Assembly (NCBI GenBank): GCA_045612705.1
Contig: JAZKZN010000028.1
Location: 1,287 to 65,286 of the forward strand
From: Faecousia sp.
GTDB taxonomy: Bacteria > Bacillota > Clostridia > Oscillospirales > Oscillospiraceae
DNA: 64,000 nt
Direction: 5' to 3'
The position numbers were made by a program, and so were the translations under genes. Below, piece by piece: positions 10,177 through 19,951 of this stretch (its first letter is position 1; each line of letters starts with the position of its first letter). The notes beneath the pieces were generated by a model. It searched no databases and was not told the DNA's origin. It saw nothing but the letters and a program-made list of their open reading frames with translations.

Positions 10177-11652
10177 ATGGAAATTGTAAGAAACTTAATC
10201 GCATTTGACCTGGGCGCCAGCAATGGACGAGCTATTTTGGGCCAGTTCGATGGCGAGAAGGTCACTATGAAGGAACTGCACCGGTTTGAGAATAATTACA
10301 TTGAGATGAACGGTGTGTTTTACTGGGACACTCCCTATCTTTACAACCAGCTGAAGCAGGGATTGCTGAAGTTTAAGCAGGGCGGCTACGGCAAGTTGGA
10401 CGCCTTCGGTATTGATACTTGGGGTGTGGATTACGGTCTGCTGGACAAGAATGGCCATCTGGCCGGCGTGCCCCGCTCCTATCGGCTGGGCGTGCAGGCG
10501 GACATTGACGCAGTGAAGGAGAAGATCCCCGCCCAGACTCTGTTCTCCCGCACAGGCATTGACACAAACCTGACCTTTAACACCATCTACCAGCTCTACC
10601 GCAGACTCCGGGAGGAGGATGCCGCGTTGGAGGTGGCAGACACCATGCTTTTGACCCCCGACCTGCTGGGCTATTTCCTTACCGGCAGCAAGGGTACGGA
10701 ATACACCATCGCAACCACAACCGGCCTTTACAATCCCACTACTAAGGATTGGGATTGGGAGACCATCCGAGAACTGGGCTTGCCGGAGAAGATCTTCACC
10801 AAGATCGATAAGACCGGCACTATCCGCGGCTACCTGAGAGAGGAACTGTGTGAAGAGATCGGCCTGAACGCCGCGCCCTTTGTGGCGGTGGGCAGTCACG
10901 ATACGGCTTCCGCAGTTGCCGCAATCCCCGGTAAGGGTAGCTTCGCGTTCTGCTCCTCCGGTACTTGGAGCCTGTTTGGTGTTGAGACGGATAAGCCTGA
11001 CCTGAGTCCCGCAGCAGCTGCGGCAGGATTCTCTAATGAGGGTACGATCCAGGGCGGTTTCCGCCCCCTGTATAACATCGTTGGCATGTGGATCGTGCAG
11101 GAATGCCGTCGAGATTGGATCAAGGCAGGGAAGAATCTCAGCTGGGACGATGTGGTGGTAGAAGCCCGGAAGGCGGAACCTCTGCGCTCCATTATTGATA
11201 CCGATGCTCCTGAGTTCTATGCAGGCGGCAATATGGAGCAGAAGATTCAGGAGTTCTGCCGCAAGACCGGTCAGCCGGTCCCCGAGACGGTGGGCGAGGT
11301 GGCCCGCTGCATCTACGAGTCCTTGGCGCTGAAGTATCGCTACGCACTGGAAGGTCTTGAAAAGATGAAGGGCGAGAAGATCCGGTCCCTGAACATTGTC
11401 GGCGGCGGCATTAACAACAAGTTCCTTGACCAGCTGGTAGCTGACGCCCTGGACCGTGAGGTTGTCACCGGCCCTGTGGAAGGCGCTGCCATCGGCAACC
11501 TTCTCACCCAGGCTATGGCCCTGGGCGATATCAAGGATTTGGATCACCTGCGTCAGGTTGTCCGCAACTCTGAAGCGGTGGAATATTGGCAGCCCAACCA
11601 CACCGAGGCTTGGGAAGCTGCTTATGAGAAATTACTTACATTTTTGAAATAA
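10177..11652 (+). CDS. rhaB: Rhamnulokinase/fuculokinase-like FGGY kinase
   Basis: AFDLGASNGR, GIDTWGVDY, GSHDTASA, SSGTWSL, IVGGG. Confidence 0.88.
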   Translation: MEIVRNLIAFDLGASNGRAILGQFDGEKVTMKELHRFENNYIEMNGVFYWDTPYLYNQLKQGLLKFKQGGYGKLDAFGIDTWGVDYGLLDKNGHLAGVPRSYRLGVQADIDAVKEKIPAQTLFSRTGIDTNLTFNTIYQLYRRLREEDAALEVADTMLLTPDLLGYFLTGSKGTEYTIATTTGLYNPTTKDWDWETIRELGLPEKIFTKIDKTGTIRGYLREELCEEIGLNAAPFVAVGSHDTASAVAAIPGKGSFAFCSSGTWSLFGVETDKPDLSPAAAAAGFSNEGTIQGGFRPLYNIVGMWIVQECRRDWIKAGKNLSWDDVVVEARKAEPLRSIIDTDAPEFYAGGNMEQKIQEFCRKTGQPVPETVGEVARCIYESLALKYRYALEGLEKMKGEKIRSLNIVGGGINNKFLDQLVADALDREVVTGPVEGAAIGNLLTQAMALGDIKDLDHLRQVVRNSEAVEYWQPNHTEAWEAAYEKLLTFLK

Positions 11653-11669
11653 TTGGAGGAGATGACATT

Positions 11670-12548
11670 ATGAGCGTAGATATGACCAAGTGGCAGGAAA
11701 TTGCCAAGGCAAACATTCATAACCGTCCCGCAGGTACTGGCCGCCTGGCCGGCAAGATCACCATCGTCACCGGCGCTGCACAAGGCTTCGGTAAGGGTAT
11801 TGCCGAGGAACTGTACGCAGAGGGCGCAACGATCATCATCGCCGATATGAACCTGCCCCTGGCAGAGTCTGTCGCTGCTGAGATGGGTGAGCGTGCCTGG
11901 GCCATCGCTGTGAACGTCTCCGACGAAGAGAGCTGCGCCAATATGGTGGCTCAGGTTGTCGAAAAGTTCGGCGGTCTGGACATCATGGTAGCTAACGCCG
12001 GCGTTGTCCGTTCCGGTCCGATTGCTGAGTTCGAGAAGAAGGACTTTGACTTTGTCACCGCCATTAACTACACAGGACTGTTCCTCACCTGCAAGTACGC
12101 AGCCATCATTATGCAGGCTCAGCACGAGGCTGACCCCGAGGCAATGTTTGACATCATCGCCATGTCCTCCAAGTCCGGTCTGGAAGGTTCTAACAAGAAC
12201 TTTGCCTATGCTGGCTCCAAGTTTGGCGCTATCGGCCTGGTTCAGTCCTTTGCTCTGGAACTGTGCGCCTACAAGATCAAGGTCAACGCAATCTGCCCCG
12301 GCAATTATCTGGACGGTCCTCTGTGGTCCGATCCCGAGCGAGGCCTGTTTGTGCAGTACCTGAATGCCGGCAAGGTGCCCGGCGCAAAGACTGTGGAAGA
12401 CGTCCGCCGTTTCTATGAGGCTAAGGCTCCCATGAATCGCGGCTGCCTGCCTATCGATGTTGCCCGCGCTGTTATGTACTGCGTGGAGCAGAAGTATGAG
12501 ACCGGCCAGGCGATCCCCGTCACCGGCGGTCAGGTTATGCTGAACTGA
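11670..12548 (+). CDS. SDR oxidoreductase, sorbitol-6-phosphate 2-dehydrogenase (SrlD)-like
   Basis: TGAAQGFG, ANAG, SSKSG...NFAYAGSKFG, CPGNYLDGPLW. Confidence 0.8.
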   Translation: MSVDMTKWQEIAKANIHNRPAGTGRLAGKITIVTGAAQGFGKGIAEELYAEGATIIIADMNLPLAESVAAEMGERAWAIAVNVSDEESCANMVAQVVEKFGGLDIMVANAGVVRSGPIAEFEKKDFDFVTAINYTGLFLTCKYAAIIMQAQHEADPEAMFDIIAMSSKSGLEGSNKNFAYAGSKFGAIGLVQSFALELCAYKIKVNAICPGNYLDGPLWSDPERGLFVQYLNAGKVPGAKTVEDVRRFYEAKAPMNRGCLPIDVARAVMYCVEQKYETGQAIPVTGGQVMLN

Positions 12549-12560
12549 TAGAGGAATACA

Positions 12561-13715
12561 ATGATCGACATTACGATTCTGAATAAACTGAATGTACCTT
12601 CCCGGCAGGAACGCCTGGAGAATCTGAAGGAAGTCCTGAAGACTGCCCAGTTCCCGCCTATGGTACCCCAGTACATCAACAACCATATCCATACTACTTA
12701 TTCTTTCTCTCCTTATTCTCCCACGGCTGCGGTTTATGCCGCCCGTATGGAGGGCCTTTGCACCGCCGGTATTATCGACCACGATTCTATCTCCGGCGCC
12801 AAGGAGTTCTTGGAGGCAGCTGCGCTGGTGGATATGCCTGTCACCATCGGCATGGAGGCCCGTATTTCCATGGATGGCACCCGTTTGGCGGGCCGTCGTA
12901 CCAACAATCCGGACCAGGTGGGCGTCAGCTATATGACCATCCAGTCTGTTCCCCACAACAAGATTGACCGGCTAACCGAGTTTTTTAAGCCTTATCAGCA
13001 GGCTCGGCACGCCCGAAATCGGAAGATGATCCAGCGCATCAACGCACTTGTGGGCGTGGAACTGGATTATGACCGGGATGTACTGCCCCTGTCTGAGGCT
13101 GCCGACAACGGCGGTGTCACCGAGCGACATCTGATGTACGCCCTGGCCATTGAGCTGGTGAAGCAGGTGGGCAAGGGTCAGAGTATGATCGATAAACTCA
13201 CGAGCCTGGGTATGGACCTGTCCGAAAAGCAGAAGACGATGCTTATGGATACCCAGTATCCTTTCTACGAGTATGATGTTCTGGGCATGCTGAAAGGCAC
13301 ATTTGTTCCCAAGATCTTCATCGATGCTACCGACGAATGCCCTAAGCTGTCCGAGGTTGTAAAGCTCTGTGAGGAAGTGGACGCCTATCTGTGCTACGCC
13401 TATCTTGGCGATGTGGGCGACTCCGTCACCGGCGACAAGAAGGCACAGAAGTTTGAAGATGAATATCTGGATGATGTGTTTGAGTGCCTGAAGGAAGAGG
13501 GCGTCAAAGCCGTCACCTATATGCCCACCCGGAATACACCCCAGCAGCTTGAGCGCCTGCGCGGCCTTTGCGAGGAATATGGTATGTTCCAGATCTCCGG
13601 CGAGGATATCAATTCTCCCCGGCAGAGCTTTGTGATCAAGGCAATGGAGAACCCCATATTCCAGAATCTGATCGATGCCACCTGGAAGCTCATTGAACAC
13701 GAGAAAAATACTTGA
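12561..13715 (+). CDS. PHP domain phosphoesterase-like protein
   Basis: NNHIHTTYS, IIDHD, IGME and SGEDINS metal-binding motifs. Confidence 0.8.
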   Translation: MIDITILNKLNVPSRQERLENLKEVLKTAQFPPMVPQYINNHIHTTYSFSPYSPTAAVYAARMEGLCTAGIIDHDSISGAKEFLEAAALVDMPVTIGMEARISMDGTRLAGRRTNNPDQVGVSYMTIQSVPHNKIDRLTEFFKPYQQARHARNRKMIQRINALVGVELDYDRDVLPLSEAADNGGVTERHLMYALAIELVKQVGKGQSMIDKLTSLGMDLSEKQKTMLMDTQYPFYEYDVLGMLKGTFVPKIFIDATDECPKLSEVVKLCEEVDAYLCYAYLGDVGDSVTGDKKAQKFEDEYLDDVFECLKEEGVKAVTYMPTRNTPQQLERLRGLCEEYGMFQISGEDINSPRQSFVIKAMENPIFQNLIDATWKLIEHEKNT

Positions 13716-13742
13716 TTTTACTATATTTAGGAGGAAACAATT

Positions 13743-14996
13743 ATGATTACCAAGGCGGTACGAATCCACGGCAAGAATGACCTGCGTCTGGAAGAGATCA
13801 ACCTTCCCGAGGTAGGCCCTGACGATGTGCAGATTGAAATCATCTGCGACTCCGTATGTATGTCCACCTATAAGGCAGCCCTGGAAGGCGAGGACCACAA
13901 GCGCGTTCCCGATGATGTGGCAGAGAATCCCACCATCGTGGGCCACGAGTTCTGCGGCAATATCGTTGCAGTCGGTGAGAACTGGCAGCACAAGTACAAG
14001 GTTGGCGACAAGTTCTCCATCCAGCCCGCCCACTTCTATAAGGGCTCTCAGCTGGCTCCCGGCTATTCTTACAAGTTCTGCGGCGGCTCCGCTCAGTACG
14101 GCAATGTGCCCATCGAGACTCTGCTGTCCGACTGCCTGCTGCCCTACAACTCCGATACCTACTTCTACGGCTCCGTTGCTGAGCCTATGAGCTGCATTAT
14201 CGGCACCTTCCACGCAATGTACCATACCAAGGCTGGCTCCTATGTCCACGATATGGGCATCAAGGAAGGCGGCAAGATGGCTCTGCTGGCATCCGTTGGT
14301 CCTATGGGCCTGGGCGCAATTGACTACGCTATCCACTGCGACCGTCGTCCCTCTCTGCTGGTTGTCACCGATATCGATGAGGCCCGTCTGGAGCGCGCCG
14401 CTTCCATCTACACCGTTGAGGAAGCCGCAAAGAACGGCGTGGAGCTGCACTATGTGAATACCCGTATGGAGAACGCCACTCAGTACCTGCGTGACCTGAC
14501 CGGCGGCACCGGCTATGACGATGTCATCTGCTTCGCCCCTGTCAAGCCCGTTGTGGAGCAGGCTGACGACATCCTGGGCTTCGACGGCTGCCTGAACTTC
14601 TTCGCAGGCCCCACCGACAGCCAGTTCAAGGCGAACTTCAACTGGTACAACGTCCACTATCTGTACACCCATGTGGTTGGCACCTCCGGCGGTAATACCG
14701 ACGATATGAGAGAGGCCATCCAGATGATGAACGCCGGCACTCTGAATCCTGCTTCCATGATCACCCACATCGGCGGCCTGAACGCCGTGGTGGACACCGT
14801 CATGAATCTGCCCAAGATTCCCGGCGGCAAGAAGCTGATCTACAACCACATCGAGCTGCCCCTGACTGCGATTGCTGACTTCGAAGAAGCCGGCAAGACC
14901 AATCCCATGTTCGCAGAACTGGACCGTATCTGCAAGGCTCACAACGGCCTGTGGAACGCAGAGGCAGAGGCTTACCTGCTGGCTAACGCAAAGTAA
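13743..14996 (+). CDS. Zinc-binding dehydrogenase, L-sorbose-1-phosphate reductase (SorE)-like
   Basis: CDSVCMSTYK, GHEF, EPMSC, GPMGLG, GTSGG, THIGGL, LPKIPGGKKLIY. Confidence 0.8.
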   Translation: MITKAVRIHGKNDLRLEEINLPEVGPDDVQIEIICDSVCMSTYKAALEGEDHKRVPDDVAENPTIVGHEFCGNIVAVGENWQHKYKVGDKFSIQPAHFYKGSQLAPGYSYKFCGGSAQYGNVPIETLLSDCLLPYNSDTYFYGSVAEPMSCIIGTFHAMYHTKAGSYVHDMGIKEGGKMALLASVGPMGLGAIDYAIHCDRRPSLLVVTDIDEARLERAASIYTVEEAAKNGVELHYVNTRMENATQYLRDLTGGTGYDDVICFAPVKPVVEQADDILGFDGCLNFFAGPTDSQFKANFNWYNVHYLYTHVVGTSGGNTDDMREAIQMMNAGTLNPASMITHIGGLNAVVDTVMNLPKIPGGKKLIYNHIELPLTAIADFEEAGKTNPMFAELDRICKAHNGLWNAEAEAYLLANAK

Positions 14997-15011
14997 GATT
15001 GCTTTTAAGAC

Positions 15012-15040
15012 CAAGCGCCCCGGTTTCCCCGGGGCGCTTG
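15012..15040 (+). terminator. GC-rich hairpin, probable terminator
   Basis: caagcgccccgg-tttcc-ccggggcgcttg. Confidence 0.65.
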
Positions 15041-15092
15041 CAGTAAAATGACAAAAATCCCTTTATAAAAGAGAAAGGTTGTGTTTTGGCAA

Positions 15093-17156
15093 ATGGATGC
15101 AAAGTATGAGGCTTTATTTACCCCCTGGAAAGTGGGCAATGTAGAGATCAAGAACAGAATTGTCCTGTGCCCTATGGGCGGTACTTCTCTGTTCGGCTGG
15201 TTCGAGCTGACGGGCTGTAAGTTTGACAAGGAGGCGGCAAAGTTCTTCCTGGAACGGGCGCAGAACAATGTGGGTCTGATTATTCCCGGCATTGCCCCTC
15301 TGCGGGATACCTTCTGGGGCAAGTGGCTGTGGCAGAATCCTAAGATGTTTGAGGATCTGAAGGAGTTTATGGAGGAGATCCATAAGACAGGCGCAAAGCT
15401 GTTTGTACAGCTTACTGCAGGTATGGGCCGCAGCTGGGCGATCACCGAGCTGGTAGCGCCTCTGCACAAGAATAAGTTCACCCGCGCCCTGATCAAGCCG
15501 ATTCTGGACACCAGCCACGAGCTGGCAAGTCCCTCTCCGCTGCCCTCCCGCTGGGATCCGGAGATCACCACTCCCGAAATGACTCTGGAGCAGATCCACG
15601 AGATTATTGAGGCCTTTGCCAAGACCGCAAAGCTCTGCAAGGATGCAGGCGTGGACGGCGTGGAGGTACACGCAGTACACGAAGGCTATCTGCTGGATCA
15701 GTTCACTATGGAGTGGACCAATAAGCGTACAGACCAGTACGGCGGCTCTTTCGAAAACCGTTATCGTTTCCCTGTGGAGATCGTACAGGCCATCAAGGCA
15801 GCCTGCGGCCAGGATTTCCCTGTTTCCCTGCGGTATTCCGTAGAGTCCAAGGTCAAGGGCTTCCGGGAAGGCGCTGTCCCTGGTGAAAAATATACCGAGG
15901 TCGGCCGTAATATGGCTGAGTCCGAGAAGGCTGCCAAGTACCTGCAGGATGCAGGCTATGATATGCTGAATGCGGACAACGGTACTTACGATTCCTGGTA
16001 CTGGGCACATCCGCCCATGTATATGCCCCAGAACTGCAACCTGGAAGATGTGGCGCATATTAAGAAGTTTGTGGACATCCCCGTGGTTTGCGCCGGTCGT
16101 ATGGAGCCGGAGGTGGGCGCCCAGGCAGTGGCAGAAGGTCGGATCGACGGCGTGGGTATCGCCCGTCAGTTCCTGGCTGATCCTCAGTGGATCACCAAGC
16201 TGCTGGAGGAGCGTCTGGAGGATATTCGCCCCTGCATTTGCTGCCATTCCGGCTGCTTCAACTTCTCATCCTCCAAGGGTCACGCCAACACCCAGGACTT
16301 GACCGATACCATGGGTCTGGCTCGCTGCGCTCTGAATCCTCAGACTATGCAGTCCAAGAAATATCATATTGAAAAGGCAAAGAAGCAGAAGAACATCGCT
16401 GTGATCGGCGGCGGTATCGGCGGTATGGAGACCGCTCTTGTCTGCGCAAAGCGCGGCCACAAGGTGACCCTCTACGAAAAGAGCGGCGAGCTGGGCGGCG
16501 TATTCATCGCTGCGGCAGCGCCCTCTTTCAAGGAAAAGGACAGAGATCTGATCACCTGGTATCGCCGTGAACTGACCAAGTATCCCGCCATCGAAGTGAA
16601 GCTGAACACAGAGGTCACCGACATCGCCGCTCTGGGCGCTGATGAGGTGGTTGTCGCCACCGGTTCCAAGGCAAACCGCATCCCCGTTCCCGGCGCGGAC
16701 AAGGCTATCCAGGCCGTGGACTTCCTGCTGGGCAAGGGTGAGGTTGGCCAGAATGTGGTGATCGTAGGCGGCGGTCTGACCGGCTGTGAGATTGCATACG
16801 AGCTGTACCTGCAGGGCAAGAATCCCACTATCGTGGAAATGATGGACGATCTGATCTGCACCCCCGGCATCTGCCTGGCAAATACCAGCTTCCTCCGGGA
16901 CTTCTTCAAGGCCAATAATGTGCCCGTTTATCTGGAGCATGGCGTGGCAGCCATCGAAGACGGCACTGTGCTGATCAAGGATAAGGTCGGCGCAAAGCAG
17001 CGCATTGCCGCTGATAGCGTGATCCTCTCTGTTGGCTATAAACCTCAGCCCGTTGCTCAGGCCGGCAAGCATGTCCACTTGGTGGGCGACTGCAGCAAGG
17101 TAGGCAATCTTCGTACTGTCATCTGGCAGGCGTGGGATGTGGCCATGAAACTGTAA
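15093..17156 (+). CDS. 2-enoate reductase-like NADH:flavin oxidoreductase (OYE barrel, 4Fe-4S, FAD domain)
   Basis: HAVHEGYLLDQF, NKRTDQYGGSFENR, CICCHSGC...C, two GGG dinucleotide-binding motifs. Confidence 0.88.
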   Translation: MDAKYEALFTPWKVGNVEIKNRIVLCPMGGTSLFGWFELTGCKFDKEAAKFFLERAQNNVGLIIPGIAPLRDTFWGKWLWQNPKMFEDLKEFMEEIHKTGAKLFVQLTAGMGRSWAITELVAPLHKNKFTRALIKPILDTSHELASPSPLPSRWDPEITTPEMTLEQIHEIIEAFAKTAKLCKDAGVDGVEVHAVHEGYLLDQFTMEWTNKRTDQYGGSFENRYRFPVEIVQAIKAACGQDFPVSLRYSVESKVKGFREGAVPGEKYTEVGRNMAESEKAAKYLQDAGYDMLNADNGTYDSWYWAHPPMYMPQNCNLEDVAHIKKFVDIPVVCAGRMEPEVGAQAVAEGRIDGVGIARQFLADPQWITKLLEERLEDIRPCICCHSGCFNFSSSKGHANTQDLTDTMGLARCALNPQTMQSKKYHIEKAKKQKNIAVIGGGIGGMETALVCAKRGHKVTLYEKSGELGGVFIAAAAPSFKEKDRDLITWYRRELTKYPAIEVKLNTEVTDIAALGADEVVVATGSKANRIPVPGADKAIQAVDFLLGKGEVGQNVVIVGGGLTGCEIAYELYLQGKNPTIVEMMDDLICTPGICLANTSFLRDFFKANNVPVYLEHGVAAIEDGTVLIKDKVGAKQRIAADSVILSVGYKPQPVAQAGKHVHLVGDCSKVGNLRTVIWQAWDVAMKL

Positions 17157-17174
17157 TGTAAAAGGAGAAAAGCC

Positions 17175-18455
17175 ATGATTTTAACACCTGAACAGCAAAG
17201 TATTCTGGACGGCGCCAAGGGTGAGATCCAGGCAAAGGTCATGAAGACTCTGGTGATGTACGGCGAGGCTTTCGGCGCTGATAAGATGGTCCCTGTCACA
17301 TCTGAATATAACCATTTGGTGACTTCTTTCGGTCTGAAGATGATGGGCCCCGTGTTTGACCTGATGCAGCAGCTGATTGACAGCGGCGCGATCTCTCAGC
17401 AGAAGTTCTCCGTTGACCCCCGTCCTTTGGATAAAAATGTCCCGGCCAACTTCCTGCAGAACTTCATTTTCAACAACTTTATGTACTCCAAGCAGGCTGA
17501 CTACGAAAAGCAGCTGCAGGCTCTGGGCCTTGTGAATGAGGATGCTTTTACCTGCGCTTGCTATTTCGACCAGGTAGGCAACACCCCCAAGAAGGGTGAT
17601 GTTCTCAGCTGGGCAGAGTCCTCTGCGGTGGTGTATGCCAACTCCGTGCTGGGCGCAAGATGCAACCGCAATTCCGGCATTATGGACATTATGGGCTCTA
17701 TCGCCGGTTTCGTTCCTTCCTTCGGCCTGCTGACCGACGAAGGCAGAAAGGCTACCTGGATCGTGAAGGTACAGACCACCAAGAAGCCGGAGGCGCAGCT
17801 GCTGGGCTCTGCTATCGGCATGAAGGTGATGGAGGATGTGCCTTACATCACCGGTCTCAGCAAGTGGATCGGCACAGAGCTGAATGAAACCGCCTGCGCT
17901 TATCTGAAGGACTTTGGCGCAGCCACCGCCTCCAATGGCGCTGTGGGTCTGTACCATGTGGAAAACCTGACTCCCGAAGCCGTGGAGCAGGGTGCAGCCT
18001 TGATCGCCGAGGGCGCAAAGGAATACATCATTGATGACGCTGAACTGGAGCGGGTGAAAAACGAGTACCCCGTGATCTGGAAGAACAAGGATGCCAAGCC
18101 CAAGCTGTGCTTTGTGGGTTGCCCCCATCTGTCTCTGCAGCAGCTGAAGGACTGGACCGATCGGGTAGAAGAGGGCCTGAAGGCTTCTGGCCTCAAGAAG
18201 GTGGCCATCCCCACTGTATTTACCACCGCTCCTGCAGTAAAGAAGGAGTTTGAAGCCACAGAATATGCCGCCCGCCTGGAAAAGATCGGTGTCATTCTCT
18301 CCTACATCTGTCCGCTGATGTATATGAATAACCCCCTGGCTGGCAAGATGCCCGTCATTACCTGTTCCAACAAGCTGCGGACCTACACCACCGCCCGTTA
18401 TTACACGGAGGACGAAATCCTTCAGCAAATCACCAAAGGAGGCGCTGTGAAATGA
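17175..18455 (+). CDS. Aconitase X catalytic (large) subunit, DUF521
   Basis: FTCACY, WAESSAVVYANSVLGARCNR, GLYHVENLTPEA, GCPHLS. Confidence 0.88.
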   Translation: MILTPEQQSILDGAKGEIQAKVMKTLVMYGEAFGADKMVPVTSEYNHLVTSFGLKMMGPVFDLMQQLIDSGAISQQKFSVDPRPLDKNVPANFLQNFIFNNFMYSKQADYEKQLQALGLVNEDAFTCACYFDQVGNTPKKGDVLSWAESSAVVYANSVLGARCNRNSGIMDIMGSIAGFVPSFGLLTDEGRKATWIVKVQTTKKPEAQLLGSAIGMKVMEDVPYITGLSKWIGTELNETACAYLKDFGAATASNGAVGLYHVENLTPEAVEQGAALIAEGAKEYIIDDAELERVKNEYPVIWKNKDAKPKLCFVGCPHLSLQQLKDWTDRVEEGLKASGLKKVAIPTVFTTAPAVKKEFEATEYAARLEKIGVILSYICPLMYMNNPLAGKMPVITCSNKLRTYTTARYYTEDEILQQITKGGAVK

Positions 18456-18895
18456 GAGAGTTCAAAGGCCGTATTGTCACTCCCGGCACTGTGACCGCAC
18501 CTGCCGTGGTCAGCCACGGAGGACTGAACACCCTGGCATCCTTCCAGAAGGCGCTGCAGTTCGGCGACAAGAAAGCCACCTGCGGTGACCAGAACAACCC
18601 CGATCTGTACGGCAAGGAGATGGCCGGCAAGGCTCTGTGCCTGCCTCAGACCATTGGCTCCACTACCGGCGGTATGGTGCTGTACTGCGCCTGCGCCATG
18701 GAGCGTCAGCCCGCTTGTATGCTCTTCAGTAATCCTATCGATTCCCTGGCCGCTGCCGGTTCGATCCTGGCCTCTGTGTGGCTGGAAGGCAGCAAAATGC
18801 CCGTTGTGGACTGCCTGGGCGAGGAGTTCCTGAACTATGTGCAGGACGGTATGATGATCACCATTCGGGAAGACGGCACTGTGTGCGTCGATTGA
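18452..18895 (+). CDS. Aconitase X swivel (small) subunit, DUF126
   Basis: LYGKEMAGKALCLP, GSTTG; directly follows the DUF521 gene. Confidence 0.85.
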   Translation: MREFKGRIVTPGTVTAPAVVSHGGLNTLASFQKALQFGDKKATCGDQNNPDLYGKEMAGKALCLPQTIGSTTGGMVLYCACAMERQPACMLFSNPIDSLAAAGSILASVWLEGSKMPVVDCLGEEFLNYVQDGMMITIREDGTVCVD

Positions 18896-18904
18896 TTCCA
18901 CAAC

Positions 18905-18938
18905 AAAAAACACCCTCAAGAGTTCTTGAGGGTGTTTT
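18905..18938. terminator. Bidirectional terminator
   Basis: aaaacaccctcaaga-gt-tcttgagggtgtttt. Confidence 0.8.
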
Positions 18939-18943
18939 GTTTT

Positions 18944-19951
18944 TTACAGAAGGGGGATTCCTGCGCAAGCGCATTTTTGAAGGGTTTCTTCATCCCAGAC
19001 GCTGGACTGCACCTCGCCGATGTGGGCGCAGCCCAGCATCAGCATGGCAAGACGGGATTGGCCAATACCGCCGCCGATGGTCAGGGGCAGTTCGTTTGCC
19101 AGAAGCATTTTGTGGAAGGGCAGTTCCCGGCGGCTATCGCAGCCGGAAAGGGTCAATTGCCGATCCATAGACTGGGCATCCACGCGGATGCCCATAGAGG
19201 AGATCTCCAAGGCGCGGTCCAAAGTTTCGTCCCAGAAGAAAATATCGCAGTTCAAGTTCCAATCGTCATAGTCCGGCGCGCGGCCGCCGTGAGGCTTGCC
19301 GGAGCGGAGCTTACCGCCGATCTGCATAATGCAGGCGGTGGGATGCTCCCGTACATAAGCGGTCTCTCGCTGGTTGCCGTCCAGCTCCGGATACAGATCC
19401 TCCAGCTCCTGGGTGGTGATAAAGCTGATCTCTCTGGAGAGCTTCGTTTGCAGCTGAGGGAAACGCACGTGCAGACGGTCACTGGTGTCGCAGATGGCCC
19501 GGACGATAGCGGTGACGATCAGCTTTAGATAGTCGAGATTTCGGTTCTGGGCGGTGATGATCTTCTCCCAGTCCCACTGGTCCACATAAATGGAGTGGAT
19601 GTTGTCCAGTTCCTCATCCCGGCGGATGGCGTTCATATCGGTGTACAGGCCTTGACCCACACTGAAACCGTAGCGCTTTAGGGCAAGACGCTTCCATTTT
19701 GCCAGGGAGTGGACTACTTCTGCGTCCATTCCCACAGCGGGGATATCAAAGTTTACCGGCCGTTCATAGCCGTTCAAGTTATCGTTCAAACCGGATGCGT
19801 CGGTGACGAACAGGGGAGCGGACACACGCTTTAAGTTCAGGGCGTGGGAAAACTCCTCCTGAAAGGCCTGTTTGATGTAGGCGATGGCCCGCTGGGTCTC
19901 ATAGGCATCCAGAGGGGGGCGATAGCCTTGGGGGATGTAGATCTGATTCAT
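18944..19951 (-). CDS. asnA: Aspartate--ammonia ligase (asparagine synthetase A)
   Basis: GLNDNLNG, VHSLAKWKR, YVDQWDWEK, RAPDYDDW, GGGIGQSR. Confidence 0.96.
   Translation of the reverse strand: MNQIYIPQGYRPPLDAYETQRAIAYIKQAFQEEFSHALNLKRVSAPLFVTDASGLNDNLNGYERPVNFDIPAVGMDAEVVHSLAKWKRLALKRYGFSVGQGLYTDMNAIRRDEELDNIHSIYVDQWDWEKIITAQNRNLDYLKLIVTAIVRAICDTSDRLHVRFPQLQTKLSREISFITTQELEDLYPELDGNQRETAYVREHPTACIMQIGGKLRSGKPHGGRAPDYDDWNLNCDIFFWDETLDRALEISSMGIRVDAQSMDRQLTLSGCDSRRELPFHKMLLANELPLTIGGGIGQSRLAMLMLGCAHIGEVQSSVWDEETLQKCACAGIPLL

Noticed and set aside
12972-15014. 680-aa minus-strand ORF, and similar long antisense ORFs at 6462-7754, 10195-11601, 25084-26415, 27627-29351 and 55498-56967
   Set aside because: They mirror well-supported genes on the opposite strand and contain no recognisable domains.
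15093-17156. Specific assignment as a bilirubin reductase or bai bile-acid enzyme
   Set aside because: The active-site segment is the enoate-reductase-type HEGY and no bai genes are nearby; the substrate cannot be assigned.
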